From contig RKRQ01000098.1 of the NCBI GenBank assembly GCA_007571325.1, positions 729 to 64,728 of the forward strand: a DNA stretch of 64,000 nt. The letters run 5' to 3'. The position numbers were made by a program, and so were the translations under genes. Shown here one piece after another: positions 1-9,539 of this stretch; the stretch's first letter is position 1, and each line of letters starts with the position of its first letter. Source of the stretch: Candidatus Dadabacteria bacterium (GTDB lineage: Bacteria; Desulfobacterota_D; UBA1144; Nemesobacterales; Nemesobacteraceae). The notes beneath the pieces are model-generated. The model ran no database searches. It was given only the letters and a program-made list of their open reading frames with translations, and had not been told where the DNA came from.

Positions 1-1091
1 CCGCAGGAACCAGGTTCTTCATCTTCGGGATCTTTCCAAAGTACCATACCCATCTCAGTTGAGCCATAGCCTTCCACTATCTTAGTGTTGAATCTTTTCT
101 CAAACTCACGAAGCTTTTTCGGTGCGGGGCCGGAAAGCATGATCCTTATAAGGTGCTTTGAATCCCACTCGGATAACGGGGAAGCCCATATGTACTCGGG
201 CACCGCCCCCAGCATGTTTGCCCCTGTAGCCCCGCAGCCCGCAGCCCACTTCCAGAAATTGGAAGCGGAAAACCTTGGAAAAAAAACTGCCGAACCACCA
301 ACAGCTATTGAGACAAAAAGGCACATCACCTGGGCGTTTGCGTGTCCCAGAGAGAGAACTGTCATCAAAACATCCTCGCTTCTAAGTCCCTGCTGCTGTA
401 TAAAAGAGCGGACCGTCATTATCACTCCTCCATGGTCGCGGATAACCCCTTTGGGCATTCCGGTAGTTCCAGAAGTGAACATGCACCTCTCTTTGTCTGC
501 AATCGTCACATCAACCGCGGGATTTTCTGAAGAGTACTGACCAAAATAAGAGAAAGGAAGCGTCCTTATCCCCCCAATGTCCACCGGGACTTTTTCTGAA
601 ACTAGAAAAATCGCCTCAAGGTTCTCAAGCTTGTCCGCTATTTCACTTATGTAAGGAAGACTCTGAGTGTCGATAACGAGCACCCGCATCTCAGAGTAGT
701 TTATTACGTAGGCCAGTCTTTCACCTTTTTCATCTTTGTTTATTGGAACCTGAACGGCACCTGATTTGTGTGCGGCAATAATCGATATGACGTATTCAGA
801 ACAGTTGAGCATATACATACCGACCTTGTCTCCCTTTTTTATATCAAACTCTTCTATAAGACCGTTTGCTACTCTATTGGCCCAGGAATTGGTTTCCTCG
901 TAGCTGTAGCTTTCTACCACGTTGCCGTCTGAATCTCCCAGGCTAAACATAGTTTTTTCTGGGTAAGACTCCGCCCCCGCCTCAAGATACCTAGTTATTG
1001 GGAGCCATTTGTCGGTGTCATCTAAGGAACCATTAGGCAGGGTTCCTTTTCCTATGTATTTTTCGTCTCTCGGACGTGTTGTAAGTTTCAT
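1..1091 (-). CDS. AMP-dependent synthetase/ligase (acyl-CoA synthetase family), N-terminal ~363 codons; 3' end lies outside the window
   Basis: Absent from the ORF track because it runs off the window edge. Own translation of the minus strand from ATG (1091-1089) gives MKLTTRPRDEKYIGKG..., with the AMP-binding signature FTSGTTGMPKGV and the later EGYGSTE motif. The frame stays open to position 1, and AGGGG lies about 5 nt upstream of the ATG. Track ORFs 85..540, 106..324 and 342..530 are other-frame shadows. Confidence 0.85.
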   Translation of the reverse strand, partial: MKLTTRPRDEKYIGKGTLPNGSLDDTDKWLPITRYLEAGAESYPEKTMFSLGDSDGNVVESYSYEETNSWANRVANGLIEEFDIKKGDKVGMYMLNCSEYVISIIAAHKSGAVQVPINKDEKGERLAYVINYSEMRVLVIDTQSLPYISEIADKLENLEAIFLVSEKVPVDIGGIRTLPFSYFGQYSSENPAVDVTIADKERCMFTSGTTGMPKGVIRDHGGVIMTVRSFIQQQGLRSEDVLMTVLSLGHANAQVMCLFVSIAVGGSAVFFPRFSASNFWKWAAGCGATGANMLGAVPEYIWASPLSEWDSKHLIRIMLSGPAPKKLREFEKRFNTKIVEGYGSTEMGMVLWKDPEDEEPGSC

Positions 1092-1477
1092 TTTTCCCCT
1101 ATTGCGTATTTTCGGCTCTATAAAATAAGTCAGTCTTTTCTAACCGTCAGATGTTTTTTATCGTCCCTAGTCTACCTGAAAAAAAAGATTCTTGAGATAC
1201 ACTTTTTGACGGTATAGGGAGGTCAGGTGCGGCTGGTGTATGTTCCATAATTCAGGCTTTTACACGAATATACACTTATAACAGTTGAGTCCGTTGATTT
1301 ACAGGCTTGGGATAGATTGTGGCTGATATCGTAAGCTTGAAATAAAATTCTTGAACATAACAGAAGAAAGTGTGCTAAGCCAAGGTATTTTCTTGTAGCT
1401 TGAAAGCATCATTTTCCGGTTGCACGGAAAAGTACTGACTTTTTAATTCCCTGCTTGCAGAGCAAGAGCAGAATAAA

Positions 1478-2068
1478 TCATCCATAAAAGTCAATGAAAT
1501 TCCTAAGAATATCTTTCCCACTCTTGGTAAGTATCGACTCGGGATGGAATTGTACACCTTCAACGGAAAATTCCTTGTGCCTTATTCCCATTATTTCACC
1601 TTCCTCCGTCCAAGCGGAAATCTCAAACTCTGGGGGTAGGGACTCCTTTTCAACAAGAAGTGAATGGTACCTAGTAGCCTCAAAAGGGTTTGGAAGATTC
1701 TGAAAGGAAGTTTTTTCGTCATGAATAATCGGAGAGGTTTTTCCGTGTAAAAGCCTCCCGGCCCGGACTATGTTCGCTCCGTAGGCATAGGCAACCGCCT
1801 GATGACCAAGGCAGACGCCCAGAATAGGTTTTTCCCCTACATACTTTTTTATTATGTCAACTGAAAGTCCTGCTTCTTTTGGCGTGCAGGGTCCAGGAGA
1901 AATTACGATCATATCGGGGTTAAGATCTTCTATGAAGTCGAAATCAAGACAATCGTTTCGCTTCACCTCAATCTGCTGGCCAAGTTCCCCAAAGTAGTGA
2001 ACTAGGTTATAGGTAAAAGAGTCATAGTTATCGATCATTAAAATCTTTTTCTTTTTGACTTCGCTCAT
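1478..2068 (-). CDS. trpG: anthranilate synthase component II (class-I glutamine amidotransferase; TrpG/PabA type)
   Basis: 196 aa with GATase triad contexts GVCLGHQ and GVQFHPES. TAATG stop/start overlap (2066-2070) with the upstream trpE suggests translational coupling. Confidence 0.85.
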   Translation of the reverse strand: MSEVKKKKILMIDNYDSFTYNLVHYFGELGQQIEVKRNDCLDFDFIEDLNPDMIVISPGPCTPKEAGLSVDIIKKYVGEKPILGVCLGHQAVAYAYGANIVRAGRLLHGKTSPIIHDEKTSFQNLPNPFEATRYHSLLVEKESLPPEFEISAWTEEGEIMGIRHKEFSVEGVQFHPESILTKSGKDILRNFIDFYG

Positions 2069-3591
2069 TAGAATCCACCCTCTGCAAGTTCAACAGATTT
2101 TACCAAGGCTTTTACCTTGTTAACCGTTTCCTGGTATTCGGTCTCGGGGTTTGAATCAGCCACTATGCCAGCTCCTGCCTGTATGTAGATTTTATCGTCT
2201 TTTATAACAAATGTTCTTATTGTTATACAGCTGTCCATGTTGCCCGAAAAGCTAAAATAGCAAATGCAGCCTCCATATGCCCCTCTTGTTCCCGGTTCGG
2301 TTTCCTCAATTATCTCCATCGCTCTCACCTTGGGTGCTCCTGAAAGCGTACCCGCCGGAAAAGTAGCTCTTATTACATCAAAAGCATCAGTCCCTTCGTC
2401 AAGCAGGGCCGTCACATTGGAAACTATGTGCATCACATGGGAGTATCTCTCCACAATCATGAATTCGTCAACCTTGACCGAGCCCGTATCGGAAACCCTG
2501 CCCAGATCATTTCTCGCGAGGTCAACTAGCATTATGTGCTCCGCTCTTTCCTTAGGGTCGGAAATTAGTTCGGCCGCTAAACTTTCATCCTCAGAAACAG
2601 TTTTTCCCCTAGGCCTAGTTCCGGCTATAGGTCGGCTCGCGATTCTTTTCCCCTCTACCCTAACCATGACCTCGGGAGAAGATCCGGTGAGTATTTCGTC
2701 TCCCATTCTCAGGAAAAATATATAAGGGGAGGGATTAAGTATCCTAAGAGCCCTGTAAAGATCAAAAGGGTCGACTCTTAGGTCCGTTTTCCATCTCTGC
2801 GATATGACCGCCTGTATTATGTCCCCCGATTTTATGTATTCCTTGGTCCGCAGAACAGCGTCTTTAAACTCAGACGGTTCAAAATTGGATTCAAGCTTAA
2901 ATTCTCTCTCGCTCCCTATAGAGGAAACACTGTTGAGAAGCGATCTGCCAAGGGAATTTTTAAGCTTGTTTTTAAGTCCAGATATCTTAGCCAAGGATTT
3001 TTTGTATTCCTCTTTTGCGTTTTTTACATCGGGAACGTAGGCATTTGAAACAATTTTTATTTTGTTTGTCACATTATCAAATGCCAAAACGGTATCCATA
3101 ACCATATAAATTGAGTCCCAGAGTTTAAGCTCGTCGGGCGAAGTCTCGGGAATATTTTCGATAAATCTGACTATGTCGTAGCCAAAATAGCCGACTGCTC
3201 CCCCAGAAAATCTTGGAAATTCCTCTGAAGAAACCAGCCTGTAGCGTGACAGCAGGTCTCTTAGCGCAAGAATAGGATCGCCTTCAAACCTTTCGGTTTC
3301 CCCGCCTGAGTGAATTATTTCGATGTTTCGGCCTTTTGAACGGAACACTACAGAGGGTTCGCTACCCATGAAGCTGTAGCGCGCCCATTTATCTCCACCT
3401 TCTACACTTTCAAAAAGAAAAGAGTAATCTGATGAATCTATCTTCCTGAAAACTGAAATCGGGGTATCGTAATCGGCCAAAATCTCCTCCCAGACGGGGA
3501 TTAGGTTTCCGTATTTAAGATTTTCAAGGAACTGTTCGTAGGAGGGAGAAATCATGAAAGGAAATGATAAGACCCGAGAAACTAAAGTCAA
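2068..3591 (-). CDS. trpE: anthranilate synthase component I
   Basis: 507 aa with FLFESVEGG...RYSF, NPSPYIFFL, PIAGTRPRG (Ala, not the Lys of E. coli-type PabB) and a chorismate-binding C-terminal domain. Start is uncertain: TTG at 3591, or ATG at 3555 giving MISPSYEQF. Confidence 0.85.
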   Translation of the reverse strand: MTLVSRVLSFPFMISPSYEQFLENLKYGNLIPVWEEILADYDTPISVFRKIDSSDYSFLFESVEGGDKWARYSFMGSEPSVVFRSKGRNIEIIHSGGETERFEGDPILALRDLLSRYRLVSSEEFPRFSGGAVGYFGYDIVRFIENIPETSPDELKLWDSIYMVMDTVLAFDNVTNKIKIVSNAYVPDVKNAKEEYKKSLAKISGLKNKLKNSLGRSLLNSVSSIGSEREFKLESNFEPSEFKDAVLRTKEYIKSGDIIQAVISQRWKTDLRVDPFDLYRALRILNPSPYIFFLRMGDEILTGSSPEVMVRVEGKRIASRPIAGTRPRGKTVSEDESLAAELISDPKERAEHIMLVDLARNDLGRVSDTGSVKVDEFMIVERYSHVMHIVSNVTALLDEGTDAFDVIRATFPAGTLSGAPKVRAMEIIEETEPGTRGAYGGCICYFSFSGNMDSCITIRTFVIKDDKIYIQAGAGIVADSNPETEYQETVNKVKALVKSVELAEGGF

Positions 3592-3675
3592 GGAAGACGC
3601 CTTTTATAAATCCCCGAGGATATTATAATTGATCCTCTAAAATATAAGCATATTGTCAGGGTCACAACAGGTAGA

Positions 3676-3849
3676 ATGGGGAAGGAAAAAGGAGATCGCA
3701 AAATAAAGGTTTTTGTTATACAGGCGGAAGGTGAACACCGCTGGATTTTCCTAGTCGGGGATGCTAACGGCGTGTGGTGCGTTTCTTACATAGCCCGGCG
3801 GGATTTACTCAATTGGAAAAAAAGGGAGGGGGTGAAGAATGACCATTAA
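3676..3849 (+). CDS. hypothetical 57-aa protein (below the ORF-track cutoff)
   Basis: Own translation: MGKEKGDRKIKVFVIQAEGEHRWIFLVGDANGVWCVSYIARRDLLNWKKREGVKNDH*. Its last 11 nt overlap the start of ORF 3839..4066. No clear SD and no family recognised. Confidence 0.3.
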   Translation: MGKEKGDRKIKVFVIQAEGEHRWIFLVGDANGVWCVSYIARRDLLNWKKREGVKNDH

Positions 3850-4066
3850 CACGGCAATTAAGATTATGGTTCTTATCATATTGGCACTGGTTGCCATTTT
3901 GATTGTGGAGAAGGGGTTTGATGAAGGATGCTATAGACCGTGTTTTGAGGTTGAAATGTTAGAATGTAACGAAGAAGCGTGTACGCAAGAGCCTACAAAT
4001 GAATGTTACCGGTGTTTTAAAACTGCTAGCGAATTCTGCCAGATGCGTTGCGGAAGTGAAGAGTGA
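3839..4066 (+). CDS. hypothetical membrane-anchored cysteine-rich small protein (75 aa)
   Basis: N-terminal hydrophobic helix (IKIMVLIILALVAILIV) followed by an acidic domain with 8 Cys. GGGAGGGGG SD lies 6-7 nt upstream of the ATG. Confidence 0.5.
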   Translation: MTINTAIKIMVLIILALVAILIVEKGFDEGCYRPCFEVEMLECNEEACTQEPTNECYRCFKTASEFCQMRCGSEE

Positions 4067-4188
4067 TAAAAAGAATTTTGATGTTTGTGGGGACTATAAC
4101 AGTACTTGCTTTTGGAACCATATTGAGAAAGTCCAGACAATTGAAGGAGGTCAAAAGTGACAAGAACTAAAGAAGGAGCAAGTCAACT

Positions 4189-5550
4189 TTGATTCCCGAT
4201 AAATCCATATTTAGAGAATATGACATAAGGGGCGTAGCAGGGGAAAGCATAACCGAAGAAGTTGTCCAGAGAATCGGAAAAGCTTACGGGAGCATGATAG
4301 CCGATGGCGGAGGCGTGGAGGTTTCAGTGGGGTACGATTGCAGAAAATCTTCCCCGGTATTTCGCGATGCGCTTTGCGAAGGAATAACATCTACCGGCAT
4401 AAATGTTGTTGATATAGGAATGGTTACGACTCCAATGGTTTATTTTTCAACTTTCTCCTCAGGAGTCGACGGTGGTGTAATGGTAACGGCAAGTCATAAC
4501 CCCTCGCAGTACAACGGACTTAAAATGTGCGTCGGCCAAGACTCTCTTTTCGGCGAAGGCATACAGAAAATAAGGGAATCTGTTGAGAAAGGAAATTTTA
4601 GAAAAGGCAGAGGAAAAAAAACAGAGACAAGTATAGTTGAACGTTACCTGGAATTTTTCGAACAGAATCTTAATATAGAACCGGGGATAAAAGTTGCTGC
4701 TGACGGCGGCAACGGAACCGCTGGGGTGGCTTGTCCGCAGATACTCCGAAGATTTGGCTGCGAACTTCACGAACTTTACATGGATCCTGATGGAGATTTT
4801 CCAAACCACCACCCAGACCCTACTGTTGAGAAGAACCTGTCGCACATAAAGAAAAAAGTGACGGAATCAGGTCTTGACCTAGGTTTGGCGTTTGACGGAG
4901 ATGTCGACAGAATAGGAATAGTCGATGAACGGGGAAACTCAATGAGTGGAGATATGTTGCTTCTCGTTTATTCGCTGGATCTTTTAGAAACACTTCCCGG
5001 AGCGACTATAATAGGGGATGTTAAATGTTCGGGAAATCTCTTCTCCAAGATCCGGGAAGCCGGTGGGAACCCTATAATGTGGAAAACTGGCCACTCTTTA
5101 ATCAAAGATAAGATGAAGAAGGAAAATGCGGAACTCGGAGGTGAAATGAGCGGCCACATCTTCTTTAAAAACAGGTTCTTCGGATATGATGACGCTATAT
5201 ACGCGGGACTTCGGTTTCTTGAAATCCTTTCAAAAACAGGAAAGAAGGCTTCGGAACTGCTGATCGGGCTTCCAAAAACCTTCTCGACTCCAGAAATAAG
5301 AATAGATTGTCCTGATGAAATAAAGTTTCAGGTTACAGAAACGGTAAAAAAGAAACTCAGGAAAGCAAATGAAGTGATTGATATAGACGGAGTCAGAGTT
5401 GAGTATCCAGATGGCTGGGGGCTTCTACGAGCATCTAACACCCAGCCGGCTCTTGTGCTACGATTTGAAGCGCAGACAGAGCCGAGGCTCGCAGAAATAA
5501 GGGAAACTGTGGAAAAAACCCTGGAAGAAACGATCAGTGAAATAGGCTGA
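4189..5550 (+). CDS. phosphomannomutase/phosphoglucomutase (alpha-D-phosphohexomutase family)
   Basis: 453 aa with active-site loop TASHNPSQYNGLK, metal loop FDGDVDR and GEMSGH sugar-binding loop. TTG start is preceded by AAGGAG. Confidence 0.9.
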   Translation: MIPDKSIFREYDIRGVAGESITEEVVQRIGKAYGSMIADGGGVEVSVGYDCRKSSPVFRDALCEGITSTGINVVDIGMVTTPMVYFSTFSSGVDGGVMVTASHNPSQYNGLKMCVGQDSLFGEGIQKIRESVEKGNFRKGRGKKTETSIVERYLEFFEQNLNIEPGIKVAADGGNGTAGVACPQILRRFGCELHELYMDPDGDFPNHHPDPTVEKNLSHIKKKVTESGLDLGLAFDGDVDRIGIVDERGNSMSGDMLLLVYSLDLLETLPGATIIGDVKCSGNLFSKIREAGGNPIMWKTGHSLIKDKMKKENAELGGEMSGHIFFKNRFFGYDDAIYAGLRFLEILSKTGKKASELLIGLPKTFSTPEIRIDCPDEIKFQVTETVKKKLRKANEVIDIDGVRVEYPDGWGLLRASNTQPALVLRFEAQTEPRLAEIRETVEKTLEETISEIG

Positions 5551-5964
5551 TCAAGAATGTTCTTTTGCAGGAATAAATTTGTAGGATTTTATATCCGTTC
5601 CATCAGGTGCTTTTTTTATCACTCCGACCGTAACAGCCATTTCCTCGCCAAATTCAAGAGAATCGGGGTTTTCTGTTTCAACCTGTGCCATGACTCTTAC
5701 GCCTTCGGGAAAATCTACAAGGGCAAGCACATAAGGCACTTTAAACTCCGGCATGCTTCTTCTCACGACAGTATAGGAATGTAAGACGCCTGTGGGGCTA
5801 AGGAACCTTTCTTCCACATCGTCTGAAAAGCTCACTGGGTCCGCAAGGTACTTCGGAAAAGTCCAGTTGTCAGATTCTTTGCAGTACCCCGCTATCAGTC
5901 TCACTCTACCCTCATCATCGGTTGAAAACAAATCATCTCTGAAAAAATTTTCGCTTTCGCTCAT
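5551..5964 (-). CDS. DUF35-type OB-fold protein (acyl-CoA-associated)
   Basis: 137 aa. The C-terminal portion (GVLHSYTVV...VPYVLALVDFPEGVRVMAQV) matches my memory of the DUF35 OB-fold. The usual N-terminal 4-Cys zinc ribbon is not present (single Cys). Confidence 0.65.
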   Translation of the reverse strand: MSESENFFRDDLFSTDDEGRVRLIAGYCKESDNWTFPKYLADPVSFSDDVEERFLSPTGVLHSYTVVRRSMPEFKVPYVLALVDFPEGVRVMAQVETENPDSLEFGEEMAVTVGVIKKAPDGTDIKSYKFIPAKEHS

Positions 5965-6002
5965 GACACTTTCTCCTTAAACGATCTTTAGCGTAGAGGG
6001 GA

Positions 6003-6030
6003 ATTATATACGACTGAAAACAGTTTTCAA
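6003..6030 (-). promoter_or_regulatory. sigma70-like promoter for the DUF35 gene
   Basis: Minus strand reads TTGAAA-16 nt-TATAAT, about 35 nt upstream of AAGGAG and the ATG at 5964. Confidence 0.4.
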
Positions 6031-6106
6031 TTCCTGTATAACCCCGATGCCAAGACACTCTAATCATAGGTTTGTAAAAAACGGTTGAATTTGTAGAATC
6101 CTTAAA

Positions 6107-6901
6107 GTGTCGGAAAAAATCTCAAGAGCACTTACCGTAGCGGGCTCCGATTCAAGCGGAGGGGCAGGAATCCAAGCAGACATTAAGACTTTTACCGCCC
6201 TTGGAGTATACGGTCTTTCCGTATTGACTTCCGTTACCGCTCAAAACACCGTTGAAGTAAGCGCGATATACGACCTTCCCGAACAGTTTGTGGGATTGCA
6301 GTTTGACTCTGTGATGAAAGACATAGGCTGCGACGCTGCAAAGCTCGGCATGCTCTGCAATGAAAAAATCGTTGAAACCGTAGCGGAAAAAATAGATCAG
6401 TACAAAATTGAAAAGCTGGTTGTCGACCCGGTAATGCATTCAAAAAGTGGAGTTTCTCTTTTAAAAAACTCAACTGAGGTTTTCAAAAAAGAGATACTCC
6501 CAAAGGCACTGATAGTAACTCCCAATATACTCGAGGCAGAAATACTGAGCTCTGTAAGCATAGGCACCATAAGCGATATGAAGACCGCTGCTGAGAGAAT
6601 CCATTCGCTTGGAGCTAAGATGGTTTTTGTAAAAGGGGGACATCTAGAGAAAAAATATCCCGCGACAGATATTTTCTTTAATGGAGAGACTTTCGAAGAA
6701 CTGGTTTGTCAGAGAATAGAAACGAAAAACACCCATGGGACTGGTTGCACTCTTTCGGCAGCCGTATGCGCTTTTCTCGCAAAGGGAATGGATATTTCTA
6801 TTTCCCTCAAAAATTCAAAAGACTTTATCACAGACGCAATTAGAAACTCTTTGGAAATGGGAAAGGGTCACGGACCCCTCAATCACTTCAGAAAAACCTG
6901 A
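6107..6901 (+). CDS. thiD: hydroxymethylpyrimidine/phosphomethylpyrimidine kinase
   Basis: 264 aa with [21 protein letters not shown] and the later [11 protein letters not shown] motifs typical of ThiD. GTG start. Confidence 0.9.
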   Translation: MSEKISRALTVAGSDSSGGAGIQADIKTFTALGVYGLSVLTSVTAQNTVEVSAIYDLPEQFVGLQFDSVMKDIGCDAAKLGMLCNEKIVETVAEKIDQYKIEKLVVDPVMHSKSGVSLLKNSTEVFKKEILPKALIVTPNILEAEILSSVSIGTISDMKTAAERIHSLGAKMVFVKGGHLEKKYPATDIFFNGETFEELVCQRIETKNTHGTGCTLSAAVCAFLAKGMDISISLKNSKDFITDAIRNSLEMGKGHGPLNHFRKT

Positions 6902-7111
6902 ATATTAGGGTTCTAAGTGGTTCCTTAAGGAACAAGACTTTTAACCTTGCCCAGTGATTTCCTAAACTTTCCACACTTTGTCGAACCAAATCCCTAAAAG
7001 ACTAAACTTTCTCTGAAACTGTTTCTTTTTTCTTAAATAGTCTTTTGTTTTCAGCGGGTTAACTATTGACCGGTTTTTTATAATGTGTAATCTAACTTGC
7101 CGGGTGAAATT

Positions 7112-9526
7112 ATGATTTTTCCTCTAGGATGGCTTACTGATTACCTAAAAATAGATGTTTCCCCAGAAGAGTTGGGGGAAATGCTCACCATGGCCGGTCT
7201 AGAGCTTGAAGCCCTTGAAGACAAGGGAAAAGCTGTTGCGGATGTATGTGTTGTACAGATAGACAGCATTGGAAAACATCCAAATGCCGACAGGCTAAGT
7301 CTCTGCGAGGTTACGGACGGGCAAGACCGTTACACTGTTGTCTGTGGTGCGGATAACATGAAGGAAGGAGATAAGGTTGCTTTTGCCCGTGCTGGTACCG
7401 TTCTTCCCTCTACTTTACGGTTTCCAGAAGGTATTAAGATAAAACGCTCAAAAATCCGTGGCGAAAAATCCGAAGGGATGCTGTGTTCTGCGGATGAAAT
7501 GGGTCTCCCAGGTGGGCAGGACGGGATAATGATCCTTTCCCCTACAGCTGAGCTTGGTACCAGCATAAGCGACGAGATAGGCTATGACGGGGTTATATTC
7601 GAGGTAGGAGTTACACCCAACCGTCCCGATTGCATGAGTATTTTTGGTATCGCAAGAGAAGTTTCGGCGATACTTGGGGAGAGTCTTCAAAAACCGGATT
7701 TTTTCATAGAAGAAAAAGGAGAGAGCATTTCAGAGAAAGTAACTGTGGAAGTTGCAGATGTGCAGGCGTGTCCTAGATACTGCTGCCGGCTCATTGAAGG
7801 AGTCAGAATCAAGCCTTCTCCCGCTTGGCTTAGGGAAAGGCTTGAGTACTGTGGCATCCGTTCTGTTAACAATGTCGTTGATATTACTAACTTCGTTTTG
7901 CTTGAGCAGGGACAGCCTCTTCATGCTTTTGATTACGACAAGCTTGATCAAGGTCAGATCTCTGTCAGAAAAGCTGGACGAGGAGAAACAATACAAACAC
8001 TTGACGGTGTCGAGAGACAACTGCTTGGCGAAGATCTTGCTATTTGTAGCGGTGACCAACCGATAGCACTCGCTGGGGTCATGGGGGGTGCTAATACCGA
8101 AATAGACGATGCAACGAGCAATGTTTTGCTTGAGGCTGCTTATTTTTCTCCCGCGGGCATAAGAAAAACGTCTAGGAGAAACGGCCTTAAGAGTGAAGCT
8201 TCAAGCAGGTTTGAAAAAGGCATTGACATAAACAACGTTTCTTTTGCGCTTGATCGCGCAACAGAACTTATAAGTCGCTTGTCTGGAGGAACAGTTGCAA
8301 AGGGAATTGTCGACGTATATCCCAATCCTGTAAGCCCGAGGGAGATTTCCCTGTCAGTTGACAGGGTCTGTAATCTAGTTGGTATTTCCACCGATTCTCA
8401 TGAGATGGCGGAGATTCTGGAGAGTCTTGGTTTTGAGGTTATCGACTTATCTGCTGGTGAGCTTTTGCTTCGTGTTCCAACTTTTAGGGTGGACATAGAA
8501 CGCGAGGTGGATATAGTCGAGGAAGTCGCACGTCTTTTGGGGTATGACAACATTCCCTCTGTGCTGCCGGAGGTTCCCATGGTAGCTAGGCAACCCAATG
8601 TCATAACAGTAATGGAGAAAAGACTCAGGGACATTTTTGTTTCCTATGGTTTTCTTGAAGCCATAAACTACAGTTTTGAGTCTCCAGAATTTCTCAGGAC
8701 ATTCGGCTTCCAGGAATTACTGCGCATTATGAACCCAATATCACGGGAGCTTTCGGAAATGAGGATGAGTCTAATTCCTTCTTTAGTAAGGAATGTGAGA
8801 CTCAACCTCTCAAGGCAAAACCAGGATGTGAGACTTTTTGAATCTGCCAAGGTCTTTTATCCCAAGGACATGGATCAGTTGCCAAACGAAGTGAAGAAAT
8901 TCGCTGCGATTGCGACGGGAAAAAGGGTGCCGGAGATATGGAATGAAGAAAAATTTGATTTCTTCGACATCAAAAGCGTACTTGAAAGAAGCTTGGAAGT
9001 TCTTTCGGTGGATTCCAAAATAGACTTTCAGTCCGTTTCCTACGATCATGGATTTCTTTGGCCGGGGAAATCTTCAACTCTTCTGGTTGATGGAAATGTT
9101 CTAGGCGTGATAGGGGAGCTTCATCCTAATCTTCTTGAGAAACTTGAGATAAACGAAAGCGTGTATGTGCTTGAACTCGATCTGTCCCTTCTTTCAGTTG
9201 TCTATATTAGTTATGAAAGAAAATTTTCCCCGCTTCCCAAATTTCCTTCCCTTCGCCGCGACATCGCGCTTGTGGTTGACGATATGGTGACAGTGCGGGA
9301 AATTCTTTCCGTTATAAAAAAGACTGGCTCTGGTATAATAGAAAATGCTTGGGTGTTTGACGTTTACAAAGGGAACTCACTTGAGAAGGGAAAAAAGAGT
9401 GTTGCTCTGTCACTTGTCCTCAGGAACAGGCAGAAGACCCTTACTGACGAGGATGCGAACAGGGTTCAGCAAGATGTTCTCAAAAGATTGGAAAAAACGA
9501 TAGGAGCGGAGTTGCGTTCGGTCTAA
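7112..9526 (+). CDS. pheT: phenylalanine--tRNA ligase beta subunit
   Basis: About 804 aa with N-terminal tRNA-binding domain, B3/4, B5 and FDX-ACB domains (MIFPLGWLTDYL...). ATG at 7112 is preferred over the track's TTG at 7097. Confidence 0.95.
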   Translation: MIFPLGWLTDYLKIDVSPEELGEMLTMAGLELEALEDKGKAVADVCVVQIDSIGKHPNADRLSLCEVTDGQDRYTVVCGADNMKEGDKVAFARAGTVLPSTLRFPEGIKIKRSKIRGEKSEGMLCSADEMGLPGGQDGIMILSPTAELGTSISDEIGYDGVIFEVGVTPNRPDCMSIFGIAREVSAILGESLQKPDFFIEEKGESISEKVTVEVADVQACPRYCCRLIEGVRIKPSPAWLRERLEYCGIRSVNNVVDITNFVLLEQGQPLHAFDYDKLDQGQISVRKAGRGETIQTLDGVERQLLGEDLAICSGDQPIALAGVMGGANTEIDDATSNVLLEAAYFSPAGIRKTSRRNGLKSEASSRFEKGIDINNVSFALDRATELISRLSGGTVAKGIVDVYPNPVSPREISLSVDRVCNLVGISTDSHEMAEILESLGFEVIDLSAGELLLRVPTFRVDIEREVDIVEEVARLLGYDNIPSVLPEVPMVARQPNVITVMEKRLRDIFVSYGFLEAINYSFESPEFLRTFGFQELLRIMNPISRELSEMRMSLIPSLVRNVRLNLSRQNQDVRLFESAKVFYPKDMDQLPNEVKKFAAIATGKRVPEIWNEEKFDFFDIKSVLERSLEVLSVDSKIDFQSVSYDHGFLWPGKSSTLLVDGNVLGVIGELHPNLLEKLEINESVYVLELDLSLLSVVYISYERKFSPLPKFPSLRRDIALVVDDMVTVREILSVIKKTGSGIIENAWVFDVYKGNSLEKGKKSVALSLVLRNRQKTLTDEDANRVQQDVLKRLEKTIGAELRSV

Positions 9527-9539
9527 ACGGGGAGTTTTC

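Noticed and set aside
1333-1406. AGCTTGAAA occurs twice (about 1333 and about 1398) and CTTGAA three times in the acs upstream spacer.
   Set aside because: These are short AT-rich words with irregular spacing and no dyad symmetry, which is not enough to call a regulatory repeat.
2068-3591. Considered that trpE/trpG might be pabB/pabA, since no other trp genes are nearby and folK/folD are in the window.
   Set aside because: The large subunit has PIAGT (Ala, not the covalent-intermediate Lys of E. coli-type PabB) and the LLES-like FLFESVEGG...RYSF feedback region typical of TrpE. The residual ambiguity is noted in the confidence.
6005-6019. Exact 15-mer TATATACGACTGAAA occurs twice (6005-6019 and 53352-53366), both times upstream of minus-strand genes (the DUF35 gene and the Anbu cassette).
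   Set aside because: In 64 kb of AT-biased sequence read on both strands, a few exact 15-mer coincidences are expected by chance. The first copy is explained by overlap with a TATAAT -10 box, and no extended similarity flanks the match.
5965-6106. Looked for a TPP riboswitch upstream of thiD.
   Set aside because: Neither the conserved CUGAGA nor the ACCUGAUCUGGAUAAUGCCAGCG-like core is visible, and the spacer is short and shared with a divergent promoter.
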